Shown here one piece after another: positions 35,125 through 44,151 of a stretch of 64,000 nucleotides of DNA (within the stretch, counting starts at the first letter, position 1; each line of letters opens with the position of its first letter). A program made the translations under genes and the position numbers. Location of the stretch: NCBI GenBank assembly GCA_049969475.1, contig JBMFOU010000002.1, positions 72,271 to 136,270 on the forward strand, in the 5' to 3' direction. This DNA is from Bacteroidales bacterium. GTDB lineage: Bacteria; Bacteroidota; Bacteroidia; Bacteroidales; TTA-H9. The notes beneath the pieces were generated by a model. That model was not told where the DNA came from. It did no database searches and saw only the letters and a program-made list of their open reading frames with translations.

Positions 35125-37845
35125 ATGGAAGAAAACATCATACCCGAAGAAGAAAACAACGCACAGGAAGACTTTGTACCGGAACTTAGCTCGCCTAGCA
35201 GCGAAGAAACCTCGGCCGAGTACAAAACCATGACACTAAGCGGCATGTTCGAGAATTGGTTTCTCGACTATGCCACTTATGTAATTATGGAAAGGGCGGT
35301 TCCCGAAATGGCCGACGGGCTCAAACCCGTACAGCGCCGTCTACTTCACGCTATGTGGGAGCTCGACGATGGTCGCTACAACAAGGTGGCCAACATTATC
35401 GGGCATACCATGAAATATCACCCTCATGGCGACCGCTCTATCGGGGATGCGCTGATACAATTAGGTCAAAAAGACCTTTTGATAGATACTCAGGGGAACT
35501 GGGGAAATATTCTCACGGGAGATGAGGCGGCAGCTCCCCGTTATATTGAGGCCCGCCTGAGCAAATTTGCCCTCGAGGTTGCTTTTAATCCCAAAACCAC
35601 CCGTTGGAAACTCAGCTACGACGGTCGCAATCGCGAACCAGTAACCCTCCCCATGAAGTTTCCACTCTTGCTGGCCCAGGGGGTAGATGGTATTGCTGTA
35701 GGATTGGCTTCTAAAATACTGCCTCACAACTTCAAGGAACTCATCGAAGCGAGCATCAAAATACTAAGAGGTGAGGATTTCGAGCTGTACCCCGATTTTC
35801 AGACCGCAGGTATGGCCGACTGCAGCAAATATAACGACGGCTTGCGCGGGGGAAGGGTAAGAGTGAGAGCCCGTATTGTTCAAACCGACCGCAAAACCCT
35901 CACCATCACCGAAATACCCTTCGGTACCACCACCCCCTCCCTCATCGAAAGCATTCTGAGTGCCAACGAGAAAGGAAAGATTAAAATCCGTAAGATAGAG
36001 GACAACACTTCGGAAAATGCTGAAATACAAGTTTATCTGGCCCCGGGTGTATCACCCGACCAAACCATCGATGCCCTGTATGCTTTTACCGACTGCGAAA
36101 TCAGTATTTCTCCCAACGCCTGTGTCATCCTCGATGGAAAGCCAGCCTTCATCGGGGTGAAAGATATATTACGTATCAATACACAAAACACCCTCAGCCT
36201 ACTAAAACAGGAGCTCATTATTCGACTCGACGAACTGGAAGACGACTGGCATCACAGCTCCCTGGAGAAAATCTTTATTGAAAACGAAATCTATCAGCAT
36301 ATACGCACCTGTAAGAGTTTCGAGGAAGTAATCACCACTATCGAAGAGGGGCTGAAACCTTTCATGCATCTCATCCACCGGCCGGTAACGCGCGACGACA
36401 TCATCCGGCTCACCGAAATTAAAATCAAAAGAATCTCGGCCTACAACACCTTTGAAGCGGATAAACACATTGAAGGGGTGGAAAAAGAAATGGCCGAAGT
36501 GAAGTACAACCTGGAACATCTTACGGATTACGCTATTCAGTGGTTTGAGCACATCTTGCGTAAATATGGTAAAGGTAGGGAGCGCCGCACCGAACTACGC
36601 TATTTCGACACCATTGAAGCGGCCGCTGTAGCTGTAGCCAATGCCAAACTCTACGTAAACCGGGAAGAAGGCTTTGCTGGCACAGGCCTCAAAAAAGATG
36701 AATATGTGTGCGACTGCTCCGACCTTGACGATATTATCGTATTCCGGGCTGATGGAAAATTTTTGGTAACCCGTGTGTCAGAAAAAGTATTTGTTGGCAA
36801 AAATATTATTCATATCGATGTCTTCCGACGCAATGATGACCGCACCATTTACAACATGATTTATCAGGACGGGAAATCGGGGCCGGTCTATGTAAAAAGA
36901 TTTGCTGTACTGGGAGTTACCCGCGATAAGGAATATGATCTTACACCCGGAAATCCGGGCACTAAAGTACTGTATTTCACTGCCAACCCCAATGGTGAGG
37001 CGGAGGTAGTGAAACTGTTCCTTCGTCCAAAACCCAAACTTAAAAAACTACAGTTCGAGTTTGATTTTGCTACGCTTTCCATTAAAGGCAGAAACTCAAG
37101 GGGAAACATTCTTTCCCGTCATCTGGTGAAAAACGTGGTAAAAAAAGAAGCTGGCGTCTCGACTCTGGGTGCACGCAATATTTGGTGGGACGACACGGTG
37201 AAACGACTCAACACCGACGAGCGGGGCATCCTCCTGGGAGCCTTTATGCCATCGGATAAGATATTCACCTTGATGCAAAGCGGTTTTTACCGCATCTACG
37301 GCAATGACCTTTCCACCCATTTCGAAGATGAGCTGGTACACATATCACGGTACGACGAAGAACGTATAATTAGCGTGCTCTATCATGATGGAGAGGATGG
37401 CCATATCTATATCAAACGCTTCAGGCCAGAGCCATCAGACAAAAAAATATTTTTCCTCAACGAGCATCCCGAGACCCGCATGCTGGCCTTCAGCCTCGAT
37501 TACTTACCGCAGATTCGGCTGGAGTTTGAACAGTCGGGGCGTAAACCCAGGGATCCCCAGATTATTAATGTGGCCGAATTTATCGATATAAAAAGCTACA
37601 AGGCCAAGGGGAAGCGTGTTTCGCAGTGGCCTGTTACTTCCGTTGAATTTATAGAACCCTTACCTTACGAGCCTGTGGAGGAAGAGGCTGAGATATTGCA
37701 GGCTGAACCCAACGGCGATAATGGAGTACTTGAAGGCCACGAGGAAGAAACCTCCCTTCCTGAAACAAGCGAACCCCCCCCCACTCCGGCAAAACCCTCA
37801 GGTCAGCCTTTGCCTAAGGGCATACAGCTGAACCTGGAGTTTTAA
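35125..37845 (+). CDS. parC: DNA topoisomerase IV subunit A (type IIA topoisomerase A subunit)
   Basis: 906 aa. It has 'DGLKPVQRRLLHAM', 'KYHPHGD.SI..AL', the active-site region 'AAPRYIEARL', and a C-terminal beta-pinwheel without an obvious GyrA box. This is the Bacteroidota ParC-type length, with an acidic/proline-rich tail. Confidence 0.8.
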   Translation: MEENIIPEEENNAQEDFVPELSSPSSEETSAEYKTMTLSGMFENWFLDYATYVIMERAVPEMADGLKPVQRRLLHAMWELDDGRYNKVANIIGHTMKYHPHGDRSIGDALIQLGQKDLLIDTQGNWGNILTGDEAAAPRYIEARLSKFALEVAFNPKTTRWKLSYDGRNREPVTLPMKFPLLLAQGVDGIAVGLASKILPHNFKELIEASIKILRGEDFELYPDFQTAGMADCSKYNDGLRGGRVRVRARIVQTDRKTLTITEIPFGTTTPSLIESILSANEKGKIKIRKIEDNTSENAEIQVYLAPGVSPDQTIDALYAFTDCEISISPNACVILDGKPAFIGVKDILRINTQNTLSLLKQELIIRLDELEDDWHHSSLEKIFIENEIYQHIRTCKSFEEVITTIEEGLKPFMHLIHRPVTRDDIIRLTEIKIKRISAYNTFEADKHIEGVEKEMAEVKYNLEHLTDYAIQWFEHILRKYGKGRERRTELRYFDTIEAAAVAVANAKLYVNREEGFAGTGLKKDEYVCDCSDLDDIIVFRADGKFLVTRVSEKVFVGKNIIHIDVFRRNDDRTIYNMIYQDGKSGPVYVKRFAVLGVTRDKEYDLTPGNPGTKVLYFTANPNGEAEVVKLFLRPKPKLKKLQFEFDFATLSIKGRNSRGNILSRHLVKNVVKKEAGVSTLGARNIWWDDTVKRLNTDERGILLGAFMPSDKIFTLMQSGFYRIYGNDLSTHFEDELVHISRYDEERIISVLYHDGEDGHIYIKRFRPEPSDKKIFFLNEHPETRMLAFSLDYLPQIRLEFEQSGRKPRDPQIINVAEFIDIKSYKAKGKRVSQWPVTSVEFIEPLPYEPVEEEAEILQAEPNGDNGVLEGHEEETSLPETSEPPPTPAKPSGQPLPKGIQLNLEF

Positions 37846-37864
37846 TTATAAAAGTTAAAATGAT

Positions 37865-38821
37865 TTAGTGCAGCTTACGGGCGGCTTCGGCCAGCACAGG
37901 CAATACCTTATGCACATCACCCACTATACCATAATGAGCGGCCTGAAATATAGGGGCTTCTGGATCTTTATTAATAGCCACGATGATGCGTGAACCGCTT
38001 ATTCCTGCCAAATGCTGAATGGCACCTGAGATTCCACAGGCAATATAAAGGTCAGGAGCTACAATCTTGCCGGTTTGGCCTACGTGCTCATGATGCGGGC
38101 GCCAACCCTCGTCGCTCACAGGCCTGGAGCAGGCTGTGGCAGCCCCGAGGGCTTCGGCCAGGTCTTCCAGTGGCTTCCAGAATTCTGGTCCTCGCATGCC
38201 TCTGCCTCCTGATACAATGACACGTGCCTCCGTGAGCAGCAGATGAGATTCAGGTTTTTTCACTTCCAGAACCTCGACCCCCGAAGTAAACTCTGGGGAG
38301 GCCGACCATTCACTCAGCGAGGCTGCCCCCTCTCCTGCATCGGGAGAAAGCGCATTGGCACCCAGCAGCACTACAGCCCTTTCTGTGTTTATTTCTGTAC
38401 GGGCAATAATTTTCCCTGAATATGCATAGCGCTTTACGATCATAGGTCGGAGTTGCTCTGGAAGCGCAATCACCCGGGCTGCATATCCGGCATCCAGTTT
38501 TATAGCCAGCATAGGTCCCAACACCTGGTTGATGGCACTGGCCCCAAGTATCACAGCGTCAGGCTTTCCCTTATCGGCCCAGAATAATTCGACCAGGCTG
38601 AGGTAGAATCCTGCATCGTGCCACTGAGGCAAAGTTGAGTTGAAATGAAAAATCTGTCCTCTTCCTTTCTGACGAATTTCTTCAATCTGTTCATCCGAAA
38701 GCGGACCGGCAACTAAAGCAGAGATTTCAACTTCGCCGAGGGCATGGGCAAAAGTAAGGGCTTCGAAAAATGAACGAGGGACTTTATTATCGCGGGTTGT
38801 TGTAAATACAAATATTCTCAT
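37865..38821 (-). CDS. etfA: electron transfer flavoprotein subunit alpha
   Basis: 318 aa. The C-terminal FAD-binding block is 'VGQTGKIVAPDLYIACGISGAIQHLAG...IVAINKDPEAPIF..A.YGIVGD'. Confidence 0.92.
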   Translation of the reverse strand: MRIFVFTTTRDNKVPRSFFEALTFAHALGEVEISALVAGPLSDEQIEEIRQKGRGQIFHFNSTLPQWHDAGFYLSLVELFWADKGKPDAVILGASAINQVLGPMLAIKLDAGYAARVIALPEQLRPMIVKRYAYSGKIIARTEINTERAVVLLGANALSPDAGEGAASLSEWSASPEFTSGVEVLEVKKPESHLLLTEARVIVSGGRGMRGPEFWKPLEDLAEALGAATACSRPVSDEGWRPHHEHVGQTGKIVAPDLYIACGISGAIQHLAGISGSRIIVAINKDPEAPIFQAAHYGIVGDVHKVLPVLAEAARKLH

Positions 38822-38833
38822 GATTATCAGGCA

Positions 38834-39583
38834 TTAGATAACTTTAGCTTCGTTGTGCAAGAGATCGATAAGCTCGGATGCATGTTCCGCATCGATGAGT
38901 TTTACAGCGGCTTTGGGAGGTAAAGGCAGGAAATCTTTAACCACAGCCTTGGGGCCAGGTTGCTGCGGTGCCAGTACCTTCAGGGGTTTAGTTCGTGCAG
39001 CCATGATGCCTCTCATGGCAGGTATTTTAGGAACAATGGCAATTCCTTTTTGTACAATCAATACTACTGGGGTAGCTGAAGAAAGCTTCAAACTCATTCC
39101 ATCAAGTTCCTGCTGGAGAAGCAGTTGACCATTTTCTAAAAAGGCTCCTGATACTCCGGGTATCAACCGCACATTCAATAAAGCGGCCAGCATGGCCCCC
39201 GTAGCCGAACCGTTGAAATCGGCCGATTCTATACCGGTAAAAATAATGTCAGCCGGTTCTGAGGTAAAATAATGAGCTAATTCCCGGGCTGCCTCAAAAG
39301 AATCGGCAGGATCTATATCAATGCGGACGGCCCGGTCGGCTCCCACGGCCAGCGCTTTTCTTAACGTTGCTTCCCCAACAGCCGGAGCAGCCATCACCAC
39401 AATAATCTCGCTCACCTGTCCGGGATTCTGTTCTTTGAGCTCTAAGGCGCGGGTAAGTGCCAGTTCATCCCAGGGATTAAGCACCCATTGCACGCCGTTC
39501 AGGTCAATCTTTTGCCCCGAGACATCGGGTTTGATTCGGGTAGTTGTATCAGGAACATTGCTTATACAAACTGCTATTTTCAT
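38834..39583 (-). CDS. etfB: electron transfer flavoprotein subunit beta
   Basis: 249 aa. 'MKIAVCISNVPDTTTRIK' and 'LNPWDELALTRALELKE' are typical of EtfB. The gene lies immediately upstream of etfA. Confidence 0.92.
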   Translation of the reverse strand: MKIAVCISNVPDTTTRIKPDVSGQKIDLNGVQWVLNPWDELALTRALELKEQNPGQVSEIIVVMAAPAVGEATLRKALAVGADRAVRIDIDPADSFEAARELAHYFTSEPADIIFTGIESADFNGSATGAMLAALLNVRLIPGVSGAFLENGQLLLQQELDGMSLKLSSATPVVLIVQKGIAIVPKIPAMRGIMAARTKPLKVLAPQQPGPKAVVKDFLPLPPKAAVKLIDAEHASELIDLLHNEAKVI

Positions 39584-39596
39584 AGAAAAAAAATTT

Positions 39597-40751
39597 TTAA
39601 GGTAACAATTCGCCCTTGGCCAGGGCCCTTGAAATTACTATATGCTGAACTTCTGAGGTTCCTTCGTAAATTTGTGTGAGCTTGGCTTCACGCATGAGTC
39701 TTTCTACATGATATTCCTTTACATAACCATAACCACCGTGAATCTGGACCGCTTCAGTGGTTACCTGCATGGCAATATCAGCGGCATAGAGTTTAGCCAT
39801 AGCACTGGCCACGCCATAAGGCTTATGCTGGTCTTTAAGCCATGCGGCCTTTAACACCAAGTTGCGGGCATTTTCCACTTTAACAGCCATATCGGCCAAT
39901 TTAAAGGCAATAGCCTGGTGATTGATAATTTCTGTACCAAATGCCTTACGTTCTTTAGCATATTTCAGCGCCAATTCCAGTGCTCCTGCTGCAATACCAA
40001 CCGCCTGGGCGGCTATGCCTATACGTCCGCCATCCAGGGTCTGCATGGCAAACTTAAATCCGAAACCATCTTCTCCAATCCGGTTTTCCTTGGGCACCTT
40101 TACATCGGTAAACATGACACTATGTGTGTCGCTGCTGCGCATACCCATTTTATTTTCGTGCGGGCCCACGCTAATGCCTTCCCAATGACGCTCTACGATA
40201 AGAGCATTGATACCCTTGTGACCTTTTTCGGGATGAGTCTGGGCCATAACCAGATAAGTAGATGCCGTGTTACCGTTGGTAATCCAGTTTTTGGTTCCAT
40301 TAAGCAGGTAGTAATCTCCCATATCCACAGCTGTTGTTCGCTGCGAGGTAGCATCGCTGCCGGCCTCAGGCTCCGAAAGCAGGAAAGCACCAATCTTTTC
40401 CCCCCGGGCCAGAGGCCGCAGGTACTTCTGCTTTTGCTCTTCCGTACCAAAGGTCTCAAGACCCCAGCATACCAGTGAGTTATTTACCGACATGATGACC
40501 GATACCGAGCTGTCAACTTTCGAAATTTCTTCCATTGCCAGTACATACGAAATGGTATCCATGCCCCCCCCATCGTATTCAGGGCTTACCATCATACCCA
40601 TAAAACCCAGTTCTGCCAGGGCTTTTACATGTTTTTCGGGATAAATGGCCTTTTCGTCTCTTTCCAGTACATCGGCCCATAGTTCCCGCTGGGCATAATC
40701 GCGGGCTGCCTGCCGAATCATTAACTGTTCTTCAGTGAATTGGAAATCCAT
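39597..40751 (-). CDS. acyl-CoA dehydrogenase (short-chain/butyryl-CoA dehydrogenase-like)
   Basis: 384 aa. It shows 'GAFLLSEPEAGSDA', 'KNWITNG' and 'QIHGGYGY..EY.VERLMREAKLTQIYEGTSEVQ', the ACAD signatures including the catalytic Glu region. Confidence 0.9.
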   Translation of the reverse strand: MDFQFTEEQLMIRQAARDYAQRELWADVLERDEKAIYPEKHVKALAELGFMGMMVSPEYDGGGMDTISYVLAMEEISKVDSSVSVIMSVNNSLVCWGLETFGTEEQKQKYLRPLARGEKIGAFLLSEPEAGSDATSQRTTAVDMGDYYLLNGTKNWITNGNTASTYLVMAQTHPEKGHKGINALIVERHWEGISVGPHENKMGMRSSDTHSVMFTDVKVPKENRIGEDGFGFKFAMQTLDGGRIGIAAQAVGIAAGALELALKYAKERKAFGTEIINHQAIAFKLADMAVKVENARNLVLKAAWLKDQHKPYGVASAMAKLYAADIAMQVTTEAVQIHGGYGYVKEYHVERLMREAKLTQIYEGTSEVQHIVISRALAKGELLP

Positions 40752-40793
40752 ATAATGTCAGGTTTTGGTAATTAGGTTCATTCATGGGTTCTT

Positions 40794-40801
40794 CAAAAAT
40801 A
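40794..40801 (-). promoter_or_regulatory. -7 promoter box (TATTTTTG) for the acd-etfBA unit
   Basis: Plus-strand caaaaata is TATTTTTG on the minus strand. It lies 42 nt upstream of ATG 40751. Confidence 0.45.
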
Positions 40802-40877
40802 ACAATATTATCATATATAGAGTTTATTTCACTTGAAAAAGAAATCCAATTCACAGCAAGTTTGGCAGGTCAACTGT

Positions 40878-41669
40878 TTACAAACCTTTGAGAAAGTGCT
40901 TCACGGCGTCCACGACTCTTTCTCTGGCCTGCAAATGCGGAATATGTCCGCACTTTGGAATAAAAACTCCTTCCCTGCGACCCACTACGCGGTGATAAAT
41001 TTCCTCCCACTGCTGCAGGGTGCCAAAATCGTCTTCTTCACCTTGAATAAAAAGTAAAGGCATGTCAATTTTTGAAAGCCGCTCAAAAATATTCCAGCTA
41101 CGTGCATCGGGGTGAAGCCAGGTATCAGTCCACCATTTCAGTAATGTGGAAGTCTTTTCACCGTGATATTTCTGAAAACGAGACAAAAAATCATCGTTGT
41201 CTCTAAGGAAGTATATCTGTTGAACACCCTGTAGGGTTTGTTCCTCAATCATCACATGGGGGGCCTCCACAATGATGCCTATCGGCCTGGGATACAGATG
41301 ACCGGCTGCAGCTAAGGCGATGCTGCCGCCATCGCTGTGCCCGAAAAGTACGTAAGGTTTAGCTCTGCAAAACTCATCTATCACGCAAGGCAAAATAGTG
41401 TCGGCCTCTTCCTCCAGATAGTGTAAACTCCGGGGCAAACGCACCTGTTCTGAGCAACCGTAACCAGGCCTATCGTAGGCTATAACCCGGCAGTTGGTTT
41501 CTCGGGCAAGCACTTCCGGAAAATCCTTCCACTGACTCACACTTCCCAGCCCTTCATGAAGAAGCAAAATTACTCGTTCAGTTTTTTGAGCAGGAGGACT
41601 GACCGTGTGGACATAAATCGTCGAATCATTACACTTTAACCAGTGATCATCCTTCGTCAAGGCCTCCAT
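40878..41669 (-). CDS. alpha/beta-fold hydrolase
   Basis: 263 aa. Oxyanion region 'VILLLHEGLGS', nucleophile elbow 'LFGHSDGGSIA', and a C-terminal 'CGHIPHL' histidine. The start overlaps the upstream gene's stop by 13 nt. Confidence 0.75.
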   Translation of the reverse strand: MEALTKDDHWLKCNDSTIYVHTVSPPAQKTERVILLLHEGLGSVSQWKDFPEVLARETNCRVIAYDRPGYGCSEQVRLPRSLHYLEEEADTILPCVIDEFCRAKPYVLFGHSDGGSIALAAAGHLYPRPIGIIVEAPHVMIEEQTLQGVQQIYFLRDNDDFLSRFQKYHGEKTSTLLKWWTDTWLHPDARSWNIFERLSKIDMPLLFIQGEEDDFGTLQQWEEIYHRVVGRREGVFIPKCGHIPHLQARERVVDAVKHFLKGL

Positions 41670-42616
41670 AGATTCTTCATTTCATCCAAAGCCGTCAGGT
41701 ATTCTTCAAGAATTTCGCTAAAAATCTGGCTTACCGGCTTAATATCATCCACCAGGGCTGCTACCTGGCCAATTTCCAGCTCACCTTCTTCAAGATCCCC
41801 TTCAAACATCCCTTTTTTAGCCCTTCCTCTACCCAACAGTTGAGATAATTCTTCGGGTGAGGCTCCTCTGGCCTCGGCCTCGGCAACTTTCTGGTAAAAT
41901 GCATTTTTAATTAGCCTTACCGCACCTATCTTTTTAAGCGCCAGCATGGTACCTCCTTCACCCGTTTGGGTGATAATTTGCTTGAAAGCAGGATGAGCAC
42001 TACTTTCCTGGGATGCTGCAAAACGGGTACCCAACTGCACGCCCTCGGCTCCTAGTATCATAGCAGCAAGCATGCCCCTACCCGTAGCAATTCCACCTGC
42101 GGCAATCAAAGGCAAATGCGAATGACGCTTTACAAGCGGAATCAAAACCATGGTGGTCGTTTCATCGGCCCCATTGTGCCCACCTGCTTCAAATCCCTCG
42201 GCAATGATAGCATCTACACCCGCCTCCTCGCACTTACGGGCAAACTTGACCCCGGCCACAACATGCATAACCTTGATTCCTTCCGATTTAAACAAAGAAG
42301 TGTATTTGGAGGGGCTTCCGGCTGAAGTAATAACCACCGGGACTTTCTCTTCGAGGATAATACCGATATGGTCGCCAATTTGTGGATACAAAAGCGGTAA
42401 ATTGACTGCAAAAGGCTTATCGGTGTGAGCTTTGCATTTGCGGATATGCTGCCGAAGCACATCGGGATACATGCTTCCCGAGCCAATGACACCCAGACCG
42501 CCGGCATTGCTCACGGCTGAAGCTAGTTCCCAGCCGCTGCACCATACCATGCCTCCCTGTATGATGGGATAGCGGATACCTAGTAATTCGGTGATTCGAT
42601 TCATGGTGACCATCAT
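41657..42616 (-). CDS. FMN-dependent nitronate monooxygenase / FabK-like enoyl reductase family protein
   Basis: 319 aa (ATG 42616; ATG 42604 is the alternative). 'ITELLGIRYPIIQGGMVWCSGWELASAVSNAGGLGVIG' and 'IIAEGFEAGGH' resemble FabK/NMO TIM-barrel flavoenzymes. Confidence 0.75.
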   Translation of the reverse strand: MMVTMNRITELLGIRYPIIQGGMVWCSGWELASAVSNAGGLGVIGSGSMYPDVLRQHIRKCKAHTDKPFAVNLPLLYPQIGDHIGIILEEKVPVVITSAGSPSKYTSLFKSEGIKVMHVVAGVKFARKCEEAGVDAIIAEGFEAGGHNGADETTTMVLIPLVKRHSHLPLIAAGGIATGRGMLAAMILGAEGVQLGTRFAASQESSAHPAFKQIITQTGEGGTMLALKKIGAVRLIKNAFYQKVAEAEARGASPEELSQLLGRGRAKKGMFEGDLEEGELEIGQVAALVDDIKPVSQIFSEILEEYLTALDEMKNLWRP

Positions 42617-42642
42617 TTGATTATTCAGTTTGGATCTACATC

Positions 42643-42668
42643 AAAAAAACCCCCGGGCGAACCGGGGG
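42643..42668 (-). terminator. strong intrinsic terminator 26 nt upstream of the FabK-like start codon
   Basis: The minus strand reads CCCCCGG-uucgc-CCGGGGG followed by UUUUUUU. The plus-strand arms are 42650-42656 and 42662-42668, and the A-run is 42643-42649. Confidence 0.8.
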
Positions 42669-42806
42669 CCGGAAGGGGTTAAAGCCATGGCTGTTCCTTC
42701 GGTTTGTATTATAGAGAGTAGAACTAACCTATTGTCTATGAGGAAATATTGCCTAAGTGTCAATCCCGACACATGAGGATGGAATGGAACAGCCGCAACA
42801 AATATA
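42669..42806 (-). promoter_or_regulatory. candidate structured 5' leader / small RNA (promoter to terminator), class unknown
   Basis: A minus-strand TATATTTG -7 box (42799-42806) has a TTG 20 nt upstream (42827-42829). A 9-bp long-range helix pairs GGCUGUUCC (42794-42786) with GGAACAGCC (42697-42689) and encloses about 88 nt. The region runs directly into the terminator at 42643-42668. The only coding candidate is a poor 73-aa ORF on this strand (42641-42862). Confidence 0.45.
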
Positions 42807-42877
42807 AGATACATTTCGAAAAAATGCAAGCTTTTAGAAAAAAAACTTAAAATATTCAACAAAAAATCATTAATAAA

Positions 42878-44125
42878 TTATAAATCAGCCCGTTTGTATA
42901 CCAACACTACGGCGGTAACATCGTCGCCACCCATATTAATGGAAATGCCGTAAGGTTTGTCTGGTTTTAGGTTGATTTGCGCGGCTCCAGCTTTACCGGT
43001 AAGCTGTTCCCAAATGGTAACAGCCATGTGAACTCCCGTAGCGCCTGTGGGATGCCCCCAACCAATAAGACCTCCGGTAGTGTTAAAGGGGACACTCCCA
43101 TTACGGGAGGTTTCACCACTCAGCACAAAATCGGGCCCCTGGCCGGGTTTAGCCAGACCCAGGGCTTCCACACCCAAAATGCCTGCTATGGTAAAACAAT
43201 CATGCGTTTCAACGGTTCCAATCTGGTGAATACCAATGCCTGCCATTTGCAGGGCTTTTTGAACGGCATATTTGATATTGGTGAGTTCCGTGGGGTCAGG
43301 TGGGTCCTGGGTGATGTCGCGCTCGGTTTGGGCCCATCCCACTACTTCGACTGCCTCGGATAAAGGAATACCCGCCCGACTCAAACCTTCTTCCGACATG
43401 ATTGCGATAGCGGAAGCACCATCGCTTACCTTGCTGCAATCATAGACATTGAGGTGATCCACAAAATACTTTCCATTGGGCTCTGTCATGGCCAGGGCCT
43501 CGAGGTCGGTAGTTTTGTTTTCGTATTCCTGCGCAGTTGGGCAAAGCCGGGCATTCTCAATGGCGTTGCGGTACCATCGGGCAAACGAACGCCTGGTACG
43601 TTCCCTTCCATATTTTTCAAAATAAGCACCTGCCCTATCGCTAAATTGACCGGGAAAGAAATACGCATGGCCGCTTTTACGTTTCTGATACCAACCTGCA
43701 CCAGCCAGGATGTCGGCCCCATAAATGGCTTTCACGGTGTTTTGAACCTCTACCCCTAAGGTCAGCACCACATCGGCAGTTTCAGCCAGAATGCTTCGCA
43801 GGCCTGTTACCAGGGCCAGACCTCCCGAAGCACAGGCCCCTTCTACGGTAACGCCCGGTTTGAACTGCAAGCCAGGATCGATGGCCGGGAAAAAGCCCTG
43901 CAAATGGGCCTGGCGATTGAAGCGTGCCGCCATGAAATTGCCCACAACGCATTCATCTACATTCTTTGCTCCCCCGATGGCCTCCAACGTGGCCCGGCCT
44001 GCCTCTGTCATGTAGTGCTCTATGCCCGGCCGGGGTTTGCGTGGATTGAACTCACTACGACCCGTTCCTAAACTAATGGTATTGTATCCGGCAGCCATAA
44101 AAACTCTTCTACGCATGGGTTTCAT
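42878..44125 (-). CDS. thiolase-fold protein (SCP-x / lipid-transfer-type acetyl-CoA C-acyltransferase-like)
   Basis: 415 aa. 'VTVEGACASGGLAL' is the nucleophile Cys region. 'ETHDCFTI' is the C-terminal His region. 'GGLIGWGHPTGATG' and 'NMGG' also fit. The overall pattern is that of the non-classical (SCP-x/archaeal type) thiolases rather than the AtoB type. Confidence 0.7.
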   Translation of the reverse strand: MKPMRRRVFMAAGYNTISLGTGRSEFNPRKPRPGIEHYMTEAGRATLEAIGGAKNVDECVVGNFMAARFNRQAHLQGFFPAIDPGLQFKPGVTVEGACASGGLALVTGLRSILAETADVVLTLGVEVQNTVKAIYGADILAGAGWYQKRKSGHAYFFPGQFSDRAGAYFEKYGRERTRRSFARWYRNAIENARLCPTAQEYENKTTDLEALAMTEPNGKYFVDHLNVYDCSKVSDGASAIAIMSEEGLSRAGIPLSEAVEVVGWAQTERDITQDPPDPTELTNIKYAVQKALQMAGIGIHQIGTVETHDCFTIAGILGVEALGLAKPGQGPDFVLSGETSRNGSVPFNTTGGLIGWGHPTGATGVHMAVTIWEQLTGKAGAAQINLKPDKPYGISINMGGDDVTAVVLVYKRADL

Positions 44126-44151
44126 ATCTTCAGTTCCTTTCTTTTCTTTGA

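Noticed and set aside
42689-42720. Resemblance of ACCGAAGGAACAGCCAUGG to the SRP RNA domain IV motif (CCGGAAGGAAGCAGCCAAGG) and to the glycine-riboswitch 'ACCGAAGG' core.
   Set aside because: For SRP RNA, the partner strand (GGCUGUUCC) is about 88 nt away rather than forming the local helix-8 hairpin, and no GNAR-closed helix can be drawn. For the glycine riboswitch, the conserved GGAGAG 5' element is absent. The resemblances are too short to support either call.
42641-42862. 73-aa minus-strand ORF filling the thiolase/FabK-like intergenic region.
   Set aside because: Its 3' part is the GC hairpin/U-run terminator. Its putative start lies upstream of the predicted -7 box. The peptide has no coding-like features. 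I interpret the region as an RNA leader instead.
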